DNA of 62,200 bases, filler included, from Squatina squatina (lineage: Eukaryota): the NCBI GenBank assembly GCA_031763465.1. It is 4 parts of 4 records of this genome, joined end to end, with 100 filler letters (N's around TTAATTAATTAA, not from the genome) between each part and the next. Parts side by side here need not be neighbours in the genome. Positions count along the whole stretch, not along the records: positions 1 to 15,671 come from JARFOE010000230.1; positions 15,772 to 29,430 come from JARFOE010000219.1; 2 more parts are not named here. The stretch is one strand, 5' to 3'. The translations under genes and the position numbers were made by a program. How positions within the stretch are numbered: position 1 is the stretch's first letter; every line of letters starts with the position of its first letter. Under the pieces are notes generated by a model. That model was not told where the DNA came from, searched no databases, and saw only the letters and a list, made by a program, of their open reading frames with translations. This document shows, one piece after another, positions 10,772 to 24,402 of the stretch.

Positions 10772-12699
10772 CCTAGTGAAAGAGAAAACACAGAAATCTG
10801 TATCATTCACAGGAAAAAGTTGCATTTACAAACATTTATCTATGAATATGCTGAATACATTACTGTATAGTAATCAACTGTAGATTCTCGCTTGTTCGTC
10901 TGATAATTCAGCCTTCAGTGTAGGCATCTCCATACATAAACAATGGAGCACATTGATTGTCGGTTATCTACCATGACAAAACAAACCCGAAATAGAATAA
11001 AACTAACCCCATCTCTTCTGCAGTAAATGTTATTTAAATAAAACAGATAACTGCAAGGGATATAGTAGGACTAAGATANNNNNNNNNNNNNNNNNNNNNN
11101 NNNNNNNNNNNNNNNNNNNNNNNNNNNNNNNNNNNNNNNNNNNNNNNNNNNNNNNNNNNNNNNNNNNNNNNNNNNNNNTGTGGCTCACCACCACTCCAGC
11201 AAGGTGCAGTTACCAACTGAGCTGCTGCTTAAGCCCCAGGGTAATTAACACTTTCCAGCAGGTGGTGGTATCAGTGTTTAACATTCCAACGTAGCATGAT
11301 CAAACATGTTATTACCATGTGAGAGTTTGTCCATAGATCAAATCCAACACATTCCTGGCAATGTCAAACTCAGGCTTTCTTTTCCTTTTCAGCAGTTTAA
11401 TGCAAACTACCCTGGGTATTGAAGGAAGGAAAAACAATTAAAATAATATTGTAGACTGCCCTCCAACTTTACTGAACCGCTTTCTCTTCGGCACAAAATG
11501 ATCGCATCAATTAATCAATACAGACAGAATGCCGACTGTTGGCATTTCAGACTCAAGGACTGCTCAGGATTCTTTGACAAGTTACTTCCAGTAAACAGAA
11601 AGATGGCTCGCAGCTAAACCACACAATATGTACCATATTCCTGTAACCTTTGCAGCATGTAGTCTGGAAACTTAATGGAGTCTCAATATTAATGTATCTT
11701 TTAAAAATCAATTGTTAAAGGATGCATAGTGCTAGCGCGACTGTGCTGAAGTGGAAATAAAGGTTCATATCCACTCCAGTGAGGTCTTGGCTCAGTGCAT
11801 CTGAGCTAAGTCCAGAGCATCTCCCTTCCCCCCCTCCTTGGGAGTGAAGGAAGGTGGAGTAGAACTGGATGGTGATTCGCCCTCAGGCCACTCTTGCACA
11901 GCTCCTAGCAGCTGGGGGAGGAACAGGCTGAACAATATATTGTCTTAGATGCATCAGGGCTGTGGTTGGGAGGGGAGGGCAGTGAAGAGAGAAAAATGCA
12001 CTGAAATACACTTAAATTTGAATCACCCAGATTTTACTATGCACTTCTAATGATTTGCTTTGAATGTTTGGTTAAACTGGGTGCAACATCAGGGACTTGG
12101 TCTGGATGTACTGCAAACTCAGCAGTGTGAGGGAACTACACCCTCACTCGGAGTTGAGACAACACCAGGATTAAAAGGAACCTGTGTTAGTGACACTAAT
12201 TGGAGATCTTTCACATTGTTAGTGTCATCTCCCAGCCAGCTTCCCAGCCCGATACCACATACCTTTGGACTATAATCAATGAGCTACCTGATCAACCAAA
12301 GGGCAAGTGCATTGACCCTTGTTAATAAAACCTTTCACATTTGTTGTATTTCAATCAAGTTGCTTTGCATAGCTTATATATAACATATGTATGGACACAG
12401 GACACAATGGAGTGCCTGCAGCTTTCCACATGGTGAATACTGATTTTAGCTGTGTTGCTCTGGTGGAGGGGAAGGGGAGGAGCGGGAGGGGGAAACACAC
12501 CAAAAACTGGGTACGTCTCTATGGAAGAAAGGATAAACCAGTAAGTGTGTTACCCTAAACCACTTTTATATGCCCCTCAGTGTTAAAGCTACACTTTTTC
12601 ATATCATAATTGGTTAAACATTTGTGTGGCCTACAGAGCGTTAAAGGGCACGAGTAAATATCAACAGATTAAAAGTCTTCTCGTACGTTTAAAACTCAC

Positions 12700-12797
12700 C
12701 TCCAGATATATTCTCCAAAAATTGTTTCCAGGACAATGAATATAAAATCTACCATCACCAAGCGGTATAATTCTTGGCCTACAAAGGTTTCCCAGCA
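12700..12797 (-). CDS. TMC6: Transmembrane channel-like protein exon (start of TMC domain), TMC6-like
   Basis: tttag|TGC...AG|gtgagt; translates CWETFVGQELYRLVMVDFIFIVLETIFGEYIW(R), the CWET..GQE.YR TMC signature, closest to TMC6 as recalled. Not the frame shown in the ORF track. Confidence 0.8.
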
Positions 12798-13224
12798 CTA
12801 AAGCAAAAAAAAAGGCATGGATGTTAAGTATTTCACAATACACGATACAAAATTCATAATGCAAGTCCNNNNNNNNNNNNNNNNNNNNNNNNNNNNNNNN
12901 NNNNNNNNNNNNNNNNNNNNNNNNNNNNNNNNNNNNNNNNNNNNNNNNNNNNNNNNNNNNNNNNNNNNATGCAAAATGATAAACGCAAAATGCAGCTCAT
13001 TCAAATAAACCAGTACAATTAAGAATGTTAAAAATCACCTATAGTTCTGCTAGGCATGAAGGAGAGCACTTTCAAGGTAGCAGGATCATAGCAGTCATCA
13101 TTGGGCTGGCCTTGTGTTTGAGTCGGTGATCTGAAATAACCTAAATTTTCTGAACAAAATCAGAACATAAATCTTTTGCAGCAGCCAACACAAGCAGAGC
13201 TTATTTTCTTTTCTTTTGGAACTT

Positions 13225-13540
13225 CTGACTCCATATCCTCTCCATCACAAATATTGTCCACTTCCACCTCTCTAACAATCGCCTGCCTCCAACCCGGTCT
13301 TAGCCCATCTACAGCTGAAACCCTCTTCCATGTTTTTGTCATCTCCAAATTGGACTGGGCTCCCACCCTCTGCTTTCTTCAAATCATTCAAAACTCTGCA
13401 GCCTGCATCCTATCCTGCTCACCCATCACTTTTATCATAGCTGACTTACAATGTCCCCAATATCTCAAATGTAAAATTTTCATCCTCATGTTTAAATCCC
13501 TTCATAACCTTGTCTCCTCCTTGTCTCTAACACCCTCTAG
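13225..13540 (+). mobile_element. Degenerate L2-clade LINE ORF2 3' fragment
   Basis: Translation AETLFHVFVISKLD...LQIIQNSAA...KIFILMFKSLHNL resembles the L2 C-terminal region. Confidence 0.6.
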
Positions 13541-14198
13541 TGCNNNNNNNNNNNNNNNNNNNNNNNNNNNNNNNNNNNNNNNNNNNNNNNNNNNNNNNNN
13601 NNNNNNNNNNNNNNNNNNNNNNNNNNNNNNNNNNNNNNNNNNNCACATCAATACATTACCCCCAATACCATGTGCTTTAAGTTTGCACACTAATCTCTTG
13701 TGTGGGACCTTGTCAAAAGTTTGGAAACTCTTTAGCACGGTAATAGGTTTCTGTGTGTTTCAGACACCTAGCTGACCAAATAAAAAAAATCTTCTTTCTT
13801 TCCTGCCTGTTCCAGATCACATCTCGACTATCAACGTCCAGTTCAGAACAGGCTAGCAACTTTCTAATGGGTGTACTTAACTCCCAGATTTATATTGCAG
13901 TGCATCCTGATTCAACTTATTGATAGGAGGGAAGAACAACACAAGTGATGAATTTGATTGACCCAAATGGCTTCAAATCAAAGGGAATCTTTCAGAAACA
14001 TACAGCTTAAATGTGTCTTACAACTGGCTTCATTTTTGGGATGTGTGCAGTCCATTATAATCCACTGTAATGAGTCCTATACAATAAATATGGGATGGCA
14101 GTCCAAAGATTCCTTCCATCCATATACCCTCAAAGGCAGATCAGTAACTAACTGATCTAGTTCTATGTTCATTGCATTTAAGTCTTATTTTTCCACAG

Positions 14199-14347
14199 AG
14201 AAAAGAGAAGGTGTGACACTGGAACCCTCACCAGCTGGGAGGTATGGAAGCGAAGCCAGCAGAAATCACTGAAGAGGCTCAAGGAGGAAGTGACACACGC
14301 CATATCCTGGTTGGAACTGTGGAAGAGCTCTCTGCATGAGATAGAAG
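14199..14347 (+). CDS. TMC7/TMC8-subfamily N-terminal exon, probably TMC8
   Basis: ttccacag|A GAA...GAA G|gtgtga; EKRRCDTGTLTSWEVWKRSQQKSLKRLKEEVTHAISWLELWKSSLHEIE(G), resembling the TMC7/8 LELW...IEG-xFG region. Divergent from the TMC6-like exon, as human TMC6/TMC8 are. Confidence 0.65.
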
Positions 14348-14772
14348 GTGTGAATGACTTCTTTAGTGTGGGATAACAGGGGAAATCAACTTGTGGGATG
14401 ATCATGTGAAAACAGCCTTCTCAAGGTGTTTCCATGGGGAAATGGCGATAATATTTTGGTGAAAGTAAATATCACTGCAACTCGGTTCAAGTGGCTGAAC
14501 AAATTTGTTCGAGGGTAGGACTTATTTTCCCCTAACTTTCTCTTGTAGTAAGTTTATGAAAGAAATAATTGGGGACAAAATACAGAAGAATGGATAACTG
14601 GAAATGATCACAAGGCTGTGAGCTCACCAAGTGGTTCAGGCGATTCATGCGGTGAACGCTAGTTATCAGGAGGTGATTACAATACTTTGTTGAGGGTTTC
14701 AAATGATTAATACAGAAAATAAGAGATACCAAGGAGCTATGGATAAAGAGCAAAGGAGACAGTTAAGGAAAG

Positions 14773-14960
14773 GACTTTCATTTATATAGCACTTTTCATG
14801 ATTTCAGGATGTCCCTAATATTTTACATCCAATGAAACACTTTTTGAAGTGTAGTAACTGTTGTAATGTGGAAGAAAGCAGCAAACAATTTGTGCACAGC
14901 AAGGTCCCATAAACAGCAATGAGATAATGATCAGATAATCTGTTTTTAGTGACGTTGATT
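14773..14960 (-). mobile_element. DeuSINE/SacSINE1-like SINE 3' fragment
   Basis: Same sequence family as 43457-43800 and 46157-46335 (catttatatagc...cacagcaag.tccca.aaacagcaat...cagataatctg). Confidence 0.6.
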
Positions 14961-15671
14961 ACTAGGCAGTAGTCTTATTGAAAGATTCAGATTGTCGAGA
15001 CAGAGAATATCAACCATACCCAGGGAGCATTTTAAGGCTTTGAATTTATTGAGATGTTATGATGCCATTAATCTTAAATTCAAGGTCAATTCGAAGATAA
15101 TGAGAAAACACTATTTATTGTTTACATAAGCAAAATAATATGTACCAGGAACTGAAGATCCACAGCCCCTCTGGCACACTCACTCTGTAACTTTGGCAAG
15201 GAATGCCGGAAGGGCTGGAAATTAGGCTGGGATCCATTGAGGACGGCCTGTTGGGAGCAGAGCTTTCACCTGCCCCAAACATGGCCATCGATGTAAAAGG
15301 TGCCGTGGGTGGGCCAGGGACACCCTACTTTGGAAGTTCCTACATTCCTAGCCCTCAGAGAAAACCTAGTTTAGGAGCAGCAGGAATACCTCCAGTGAGA
15401 CCAGGTGTACCCTTCTGCAGACCAGTGGAAGTGCAGCCCACCTTGGTGTCCGAGCTGGGATCATGGGCTGGACCACTGAAGAAGAACTGGACTGTTTATT
15501 TGAAGAAACAAATTAAGTGCAACTCCTTTACCAAGTGGGGGGTGGGGGGGGGGCCTTAGAGATGTTTCTGGGGGTCGGGACGAGGTGGGAAAACCGGCAT
15601 CTATCATCAGACCACGTTTCAGGATCTTCATTGGGTGGGAATCCTAAATGCTCCTCTAGTGGCCTGTGCAC

Positions 15672-15771
15672 NNNNNNNNNNNNNNNNNNNNNNNNNNNNN
15701 NNNNNNNNNNNNNNNTTAATTAATTAANNNNNNNNNNNNNNNNNNNNNNNNNNNNNNNNNNNNNNNNNNNN
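15672..15771. other. Artificial scaffold spacer (N-run containing TTAATTAATTAA)
   Basis: All-frame-stop 12-mer at 15716-15727 centred in Ns. Confidence 0.95.
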
Positions 15772-18700
15772 AAACAGATTAAAAGTCATAAACCGGAGAC
15801 TAATGAGACTTTAATATCCAGTACAATTTGCAAGCAGATTGACTAGGCCATGAAAAGCGGGGAGCAATGTTACAAAAAAGGAATTCTGCTTAAAGTGCTA
15901 GAGCTACTGCAGTCAGCTAGGACTGTGCTCGGCAGGACAACTATGGATTTTTGTGCTATCTGTTCAGTTGTGTTGAAATGAATGAGTCGAACTTGAAACC
16001 AATATGTCACTTAAAGTAACTTACAGATATCGATCCATTTCTCTAATTTATACCAGTGGGAAAATAGTCCGATTTTGAAAATACTGCTCCTGCAGTCATG
16101 CCAAGTTGAAATTGTTTCTTACAAAGACCTTGTCGGTGTTTAGTGCACACTCATCTGCTGCTGTAATAGCAGAACAACTTTCTTCACTGTTTCATAATTA
16201 ATGAAAAATTGAATTCCCTTCTCTGTGGGACACAGATTCTCAGAATCTGCAGTTTGCCTTCCAATTCAATCTTTTCAATTTTTTTGTTCTTTTAAAATAA
16301 AGAGAAAAGAGGTGGGGGGTGGGGCAGTGGTGGGGGGTGAGGACGCAAATGAACAGATATGCAAATCACAGAGGGNNNNNNNNNNNNNNNNNNNNNNNNN
16401 NNNNNNNNNNNNNNNNNNNNNNNNNNNNNNNNNNNNNNNNNNNNNNNNNNNNNNNNNNNNNNNNNNNNNNNNNNNTGACCTGCTGAGTTTTTCCAGCAAT
16501 TTTTGTTTGTATTCTAGATTCCAGCATCCGCAGTATTTCGCTTTTGTATTAAGGTTTAATAAAGTACTGTTTGTACAAAATGTTTCATTAAATCAAGCGA
16601 TAGATAAAATCATTTTTGACAATTGTACAGGTAGTGGTTGCATAGCTCAAATAGCTGAGTAGGTCCTCCTTTAGCTATCCACAAGGACTGTAGGTTTAAT
16701 CCCAAGGCCATCTGCCATTTGAACTTGTCTAATTAAATTAATGGGTTTCATAAATCCTCAGTTGGACGACCAGATGGAACTCCTAATGGAACCGATGTAT
16801 TCTATTCGGAAAGGAGCAAGGAGGAAAAGCTCCATAACTAAGAAAAATCTAGAATTCTACCTTTATGAGTAGAACAAATCAGAGTGCAGTCTGATATATA
16901 GGTGACAAAAATTGCTTCTATAGGTGCATAAATCACAACCTAGGGCTTCCACGTGATTAGAAATCTGTATGAAGACAGAAAAAACACTGGATGAAGCAAT
17001 AAGTTTGATTATTGACCTATCACCTCTGTAATCTGGGCTCAAATCCAACCTGAACTAAAGAGCTGGAAATCTCCTTCATCTGTAAGCTGTATGGTTTTTT
17101 GTGGATAATCTCAATCCAGCACTTAATGGGCATGGGCCCACAGCATGTAACCTTGTTTTCAGGTACTCACCTTGGTGAGTACAAAGTTCAATACAAAAAT
17201 GCTGCATGAATTAATGTACCTTTTTTTTTTACACAGTGTCCTTGCAAACTAGTACCATAAGCATATGGCCTGTGCAAATAAGCAAAACAATGGTTAAAAT
17301 AAGCATAGAACTACATTTTTGTCTGTTAGATTGCCTCGTGTATGCAAAACGCTGCAGTATCCTGTTATAGTATAATCAGATTAATAAGTCATAAAAATGA
17401 AAGTTCATTAAATTAAGCTAAAAGGCAAATGGCCTGATTAGAACACGTTGCTAAATTAATTATGTAATAGGCTATGCAATTCATATAAATTGAACTACAA
17501 AAACAGCATTGATTAAAATGTTAGCAAAATGTACAGTGAAGTCATTACAATAAATNNNNNNNNNNNNNNNNNNNNNNNNNNNNNNNNNNNNNNNNNNNNN
17601 NNNNNNNNNNNNNNNNNNNNNNNNNNNNNNNNNNNNNNNNNNNNNNNNNNNNNNNGTTAATACATTTGATGATTATTTTTTCTGAGTAGTCACTGGAGGA
17701 GACGTTAGTAGCACATCCACCATTATCAGAGATAATCCAAGTTGCTTTAATGACTTTGACATCAATGAGATGGAGTTCCAAGACAGGCTTAAGGGATTTA
17801 AAACAAACAAGTTCCCATGGCTGGATCGTATTTATCTCAGAGTACTGAGAGTAACAGGCAAGATTCATGAAGTGCTAACAGTGATCAAAAGAGAGCCAGT
17901 GAATATTGGAGAAGTCCCCACTGGATTGGAAGAAAGCCAATATAGTATCTATATTCATAAAACAGGGCCATTAGTCTTACATTGATACTGAGCAAACAAA
18001 ATGAATTTGATTACTGGAAGGAAACATGAGTTCTGAGAAATTCAAAGGCACCGCAACGATTTTTCAGGTGTTAAATAGTTGCCTAAACATACAATTTGGC
18101 ATGCGGAGTGTGCATGCTCATTATGTGCTGGAAATATGCAATCCGCCATATTGCTAAAGGCAGATAACAAGATGTCCAGGGACAACAACAAATACGTAAG
18201 AACATAAGAACAGAACATTATGATCTTAACAACAAATACTCCCCTTGCACTGCCTGTGGGGGTAGTTGAGTCGGAAACATTAGGAACCTTCAAGCGGCTA
18301 NNNNNNNNNNNNNNNNNNNNNNNNNNNNNNNNNNNNNNNNNNNNNNNNNNNNNNNNNNNNNNNNNNNNNNNNNNNNNNNNNNNNNNNNNNNNNNNNNNNN
18401 AGAACAGCACCTTACTCCTCCGATGGATCATCTTCACCAGGGCCCCCAGTGTAGCATCTGAGAAACTGGGAGCCCTCACAACAGCTGTTTCCATTATGTC
18501 TGATGTGTCTATGGCAAATTCCAGTGTTCATCAGCAAAAGTGCCCCCTACCACCTCCAATTTCAGAGGCGCAGGCTACCTTTAAATTGTGTCATGGACAT
18601 GTCATTTTAAGGCCACCGATTAGACAAGCTGAACAGTGCGTGCAGTGCTGGCTACCCGCCTATTCAATGTTAATGAACCACAGGAACTAATTTCTCCACT

Positions 18701-20939
18701 TGATGGCGCCCCCATTTTCAGGTCGGGCTGTGTGCGTAGCTTCAATTCAACACACAAAAGTGGCCATGGACCACACTTTCTTTTATTACACAACTGATTC
18801 CATACCAGGTGCTTTCTACTCTCCTCGCATTCCATAGTAATTTCCAATTAATAACCATTAATCTAACGGCACCCAAACTTCCACCTATATTGGTTGAAAC
18901 TGTAATTCAGCTAAGATAAGATTTATTCTGCAAGTAACTGTAAGCAGAGCGTGCCTCACTATCAGCAATACCATTGTATTTTTAGATCCATTTTAATCCC
19001 CAATAAATGAAACATTTGTGCCCTCTCAAGCATTTTCCATGTCTTAGTTAAGCTCATTAAACTCACATTATCATTCAATACACAACCTTCAAGCCTCAAT
19101 ACCATGTTCCTCATGTTGCTNNNNNNNNNNNNNNNNNNNNNNNNNNNNNNNNNNNNNNNNNNNNNNNNNNNNNNNNNNNNNNNNNNNNNNNNNNNNNNNN
19201 NNNNNNNNNNNNNNNNNNNNCCCAATTGCCACCTGAGTTAAAATCAGGGCTTATAGTTGCAGTCATTGAAGAAGAAGTTCCATTTGGTTATCATAACCTG
19301 AATCAGCTGATGGTCAACTACATTTCACTGTTGCCTGCTCTGAGCATATTGCATGACGGTTTTGTCAGAGCCACAATAGTTATCCTTGCTGCAGACATTG
19401 CACGCCATCAGATTCAGAAAGCATGTAGAATAGATAACTTGCTACAAGCAGCGACCCTTAAAGCAGCGACAGATTTTGTTCTGTTCCCAGTACCATCTCG
19501 TTCAGCATCATGTACATTTTCTTCTCAGTGTTCACAACAGACTGCTAACCTTTCAAAATAGCAATATGCAACAGTGGTGTACCAGATTAGAAATACTTGG
19601 CAGAGCATGTTTCGACGTCAGCATAAAACACCAGTTAAAACAAAATCTTTCTGTAGATAGTATTAAAAGCATCTCCTGCAATCATATATTACATAGGATT
19701 AGCATTTTCTCTCAAAAAATTAATTTCATCTTGAGAAAACTCCACTGTAGAAATTTAAATTTGAGCTTAATTGTATTTTGTTCTTAGCTCCATCAATAAT
19801 GCATGACTGTATTGGGAAATTTAGTTTAGGCATCCTGCTAATCCAATAATCCAGTTCCAGCATGTTAACTTGCACAAACAGTGTACTCAGCTACAAATTC
19901 TCCAATATAAAATGTATTCCTAGATTGTCTACACTAAATAACATGTAATGAATTTATCATTTTGTTTCCCTTATTAAAGAATATCANNNNNNNNNNNNNN
20001 NNNNNNNNNNNNNNNNNNNNNNNNNNNNNNNNNNNNNNNNNNNNNNNNNNNNNNNNNNNNNNNNNNNNNNNNNNNNNNNNNNNNNNTATAATTTTCTTCC
20101 ATATAACAGTAAAATCCTGTTATTGGAAAATCAAGACTTCAAGGTGACTCGGTTTATTTACTTAGGAGGAACAAGAGAGTGAAACTCAGCACAGCACTGC
20201 GCACAACAGAATTGATAAAATGGAGCTGTGAAAGATTGTGGTAGAAAGAGGTTGGAGGTGAGGAAGGATTTATCCATCAGAAGAAATGTTCTTTCTCAAG
20301 TTGTGTCTGGGAGTGCAAAAGAGTTGGCAGAAGAGCGTTCAAAAACATGGAAGCAATATTCAAGTCCTGAGCAGAATTGAGCTTTATCGAGAGTTGAGGG
20401 TTGTTGAGAGGAAAAAAATTAGTTCCTCGGAGTCAGCTTCAGCAATGGAAAAGATGTGATAGTTTGGCTCCGGTAAGGAGAAGGAGTTTGCTCACTATTT
20501 GACTGATAAGTGTGAGTTGGAATTCAAGTCATGACCACAGTACCCCAAGCCCCAGATCAGTGTGGGAATTACTGCTTGGTTTAGCAAGGAAGTGCTTTTA
20601 AATATATATTTTTAAGATACACTTTTTCTTCAGATGTCCAGGCTACGTTCCTGGTCTGGATTCCAGCTGAGGTTCACTTCCAACAGTTGTCGGTGAAATA
20701 CGCCTGGTGTCATCAGGCATACCTGCACTGACTCTACGCCAGGATCCTCTGAGGGTCCAGAAATCAGAAGCAGCCTACCTAGAGAGTCCCCAAGCCCTAA
20801 CCCTGCCCTCTACTCTGTCACTAGCCTTGTAAAGGGTTGGCGGAAGCTCCGTCCCTTACCAGGCTGAGTGGAAATTCCCGCGTAATGCTGGAACCTCGAA
20901 ATCTGGATGCTGGCCTAAATTCCAGTCCTTCAGTGGGGA

Positions 20940-21310
20940 TGATCAATAAGGTTTCTCACTTATCACCTGAACAGAAGCAGCAAGCTGGGGAGTTGTTCAA
21001 GAAATTTAAATCTCTGGTTTTCAGTGAACCCTGCTTATGCATGGCAAGTTGTACACAGAGTGATCACAGTGGCACAACATCCGTGTCCAATTTATATAGC
21101 ATGCAGAAAGACATACTGAGAGAACTGCAGGAGCTGTCAGAGCTGGAGGTGAACAGCTTTGCCTGTGCTGTTTATTCCAAAGATGATAAAGTGACCCAGC
21201 TTTGCATGGATTACTAGAGATTAAATGACCTGACGGAAGCTGGTGCTTATCCTATAACACGCTTTACAGAGAGGCTCACGAAACTAGGGGGCGTCAAGTC
21301 CCTGAAAACT
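20940..21310 (+). mobile_element. Ty3/Gypsy LTR retrotransposon pol (RT N-terminus) remnant
   Basis: HLSPEQKQQAGELFKKF...LCMDY*RLNDLTEAGAYPITR...LGGVK matches the Gypsy R.C.DYR.LN..T..DAYP.PR motif, with a stop. Confidence 0.7.
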
Positions 21311-22899
21311 CTCAGCTGCAGCTTCATTCTAAATTGTAACCACGTAATTGAGCCATTAATGCAAATCAGGAAACTGTGTCCAAACTTTCAAGATGCCATT
21401 AACAAGCTGTGAAAATACTGTCCTAGCCAGTTCAGATTACATTTGGGAATTTGCAATATGGGCTGCAGAGTGACACTTGGGCATGGCAGTAGGTCCTCTG
21501 CTTTTCTGTATACAGGATAAGGCTACATGTAACAGGAAGGAACAAACTTGCACGAGACCAGGACTCCCTAACGTGAGGGAATTGGAGAAGCTCATCCTCC
21601 AAGATGATTGCACAAGCGGGCATGGCAGGAGCCACGGGTGAAGTTGGAGGGCTTCNNNNNNNNNNNNNNNNNNNNNNNNNNNNNNNNNNNNNNNNNNNNN
21701 NNNNNNNNNNNNNNNNNNNNNNNNNNNNNNNNNNNNNNNNNNNNNNNNNNNNNNNACCATGTCACGTGACAGCATCAATTAATACCTGAAGTAATGTGCT
21801 TAACAAGTACAGTATTCCTTTGTTGGTGGCATTTTACAATTTATTGGTCTAAATTTAATATTTTGATGTGACAATTTTGATTTGTTCCATCTCAAGTACA
21901 CAGGGTATGTGTAAAGAAATGTCCTCGGGCAGTATAAAGCTTTCTTTAACCTCAGCAGCACAAAGCATTTGAAGTAATGAATGTTAAATAACCCGTGAAG
22001 CACGAGATGTAAGAAGACTTTTCAAACTCTCTGGTCTCCTCAGAATTGATTACATCGAAGGAAATTGCACTGCATAGAAAAACAGAGGCCCATTTGTTTT
22101 TCCTTTGTGTATTGATTGTGTAGACATTTACAGGTAATTGTTCTTGTAATTCTTTGTGAACTCAATGATTAATGCAGTTGATTATCTTGCACTTTTATCG
22201 CAACAAATTGAACATGCTGGTTTTAAACTGGAGGTACAATGATAATTGTATTACTGCTATATGAAGCCAATTCCCTGGACATTGGAAAAATTGTAATAGT
22301 TCTGGCCAATTGTGTATTACATTTCATTTATGCAATTTCTTCTGGGACAACGTGATAAATGATTTGTTACATTATTATTGATTGTCCCATGAATGATCAG
22401 AGAGGCCAATGAATGCATACCCTGGAGGGACAGGGATCAATGTGCACAGCGAGAGAGAAAATGCCTAAATTAGCTGATTTTTACAAACCATCAGAGTCCA
22501 GGCGTCTTCTCCTTATCCAAAACCAGTATGAAAGTATGAGTTCTTCAGAGTACATTTAAACACAAGAGCACGAGTGGGTTTACCTTTCTGCATGTACAGA
22601 TCCATGCATTCATTTCATCATAGTGATTATCCTGGCAGTAAGTAAAATGTATTCATCTGCTAATTGTGAGCACAATTTAAAAACCTGAAGAGTTTTTTTT
22701 TTAGATTTTATATGGTCATTACATTTTTTCTTACTTTGAGCACTAAATAACAACCAACCACAAAGTGGTCAATCTTTTTAGCAGACAGATGAAAACGGAN
22801 NNNNNNNNNNNNNNNNNNNNNNNNNNNNNNNNNNNNNNNNNNNNNNNNNNNNNNNNNNNNNNNNNNNNNNNNNNNNNNNNNNNNNNNNNNNNNNNNNNN

Positions 22900-23704
22900 C
22901 GGATTGCTGCACACTCCTTCCGCTGTTTGTGCTTGGCCTCCACATGCTCCCGCCGAAGAAGTTTGAAGTGGTTGGTGCCTTCTCAGATGCTTCTCCTCCA
23001 GTGCAGGTGGTCTTAGGCCAGGGATTCCCATGAGTCGGTGGGGACGTTACATTTTTTCAGGGAGGCTTTCAGGACGTCCTTGAAGCGTTTTCTCTGCCCT
23101 CCTGGTAATCGCTTGCCATGACGGAGCTCAGAGTAGAGTGCTTGTCTCGGGAGTCTTGTATCAGGCATGCTGATCGAGGCACTGACTCAATGCTGGGGAT
23201 GTCGGCCGGAGAGAGGATGCTGACATTGGTACACCTATCCTGCCAGTGGATTTGCAGGATTTTGCAGAGGCATCGTTGGTGATACTTCTCCAGTGTTTTG
23301 ATGTGTCTACTGTACATTGTCCATGTCTCCGACACATACAGGAGGGCGGGTATCACTGCTGCCCTGTAGACCATGAACTTGGTGCCAGGTTTGAGGTCTT
23401 GATCTTCAAACACTCTTTTCATCAGGCAGCTGAAGACTGTCTTGGCACACTGGAGGCAATGTTGGGTTTCATTGTCGATGTCTGCCCTCGCTGAGAGGAA
23501 GCTCCCAAGGTATGGAAAGTGGTCCATGTTGTCCAAGGTCTCACCATGAATCTTGATAGTCGGGGCAGTGTTGTACAGCGGGGGCAGGTTGGTAAAGGAC
23601 CTTTGTCTTTCGGCTGTTTAGCATCAAGCCCATTCTTTCATAAGCCTCAGTGACTGAATCAACGATGATCAACGCAAACATCATCTGCATACTGCAACTT
23701 GATG
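22900..23704 (-). mobile_element. RTE-clade LINE RT / 3' remnant
   Basis: LQYADD...KTKVLYQPAP...FPYLGS...VYRAAVIPALLYVSETWTMYSRH...ILQIHWQDR, with frameshifts. Confidence 0.85.
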
Positions 23705-23889
23705 NNNNNNNNNNNNNNNNNNNNNNNNNNNNNNNNNNNNNNNNNNNNNNNNNNNNNNNNNNNNNNNNNNNNNNNNNNNNNNNNNNNNNNNNNNNNNNNN
23801 NNNNGGAGGACAAATGTGATCTGGACTATTTGCTTGCGTGATCCGACGTGGACTGGTTGGGCCAAATGGTTTGTTTCTGTGAAATCTAT

Positions 23890-24402
23890 GGGGGTGAAAT
23901 TGGGTGCCTTTGTGCCTCCCGTTAGCGCCCCTGGGATCATAATGTCATCAACATGCGCATCACCCCGGTAGTGCCCCAGATCCGAAATTGACTTCCGTCC
24001 CCTGCAGCAGCGCCCGGCAAAAACACTGGCAGCTGCAGGAGGCATGGATCGGGCAGCCGCCACCGGGGTGATGCTGAAAGGTGAGGTGACCGAGGTAAGT
24101 AAAAATAAAAAACTTACCTTTGTTGAAGCTGTTTTCTTCACGGGCTCCTGCCCGCGATCGTTCTGTCCAGCATTCTGCTTGAATGGCGGGCTGATCGTGT
24201 GAGTTCACCGATCCTTTGGTGGTCCAGGCAGGCCCGTTTTAAATTGCAGAGCCTGCAGTGATGGCCCTTCCGCGCCCCGTTAGTGCCCCAAGAAGGAAGT
24301 CGAAGGCTTGATTTAGCCCCTCCCTTCCTAGAGTGCTAAAACCAATTTTTTGAGAACTGGGAAATGTTAGTGCCTGGTGGGTGATGATAAATTTCTCCCC
24401 CC
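23890..24402. mobile_element. GC-rich non-autonomous (MITE-like) element
   Basis: Imperfect terminal inverted repeats gggggtgaaatt / aatttctccccc. Internal ttagcgcccctgg-like motif shared with 26911-27480 and ~28487. Confidence 0.45.

Noticed and set aside
12661-12864. ORF-track peptide MHYEFC...PRIIPLGDGRF
   Set aside because: Wrong frame; the real coding frame is the TMC6-like exon.
14178-14405. Minus-strand 75-aa ORF
   Set aside because: Antisense shadow of the plus-strand TMC7/8-like exon.
15716-15727. TTAATTAATTAA as a biological motif (e.g. piggyBac TTAA site)
   Set aside because: Occurs identically in the middle of three N-runs; it is a synthetic all-frame-stop linker.
19226-19787. 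Overlapping ~100-aa ORFs in unique sequence
   Set aside because: No recognisable motif or clear splice signals.
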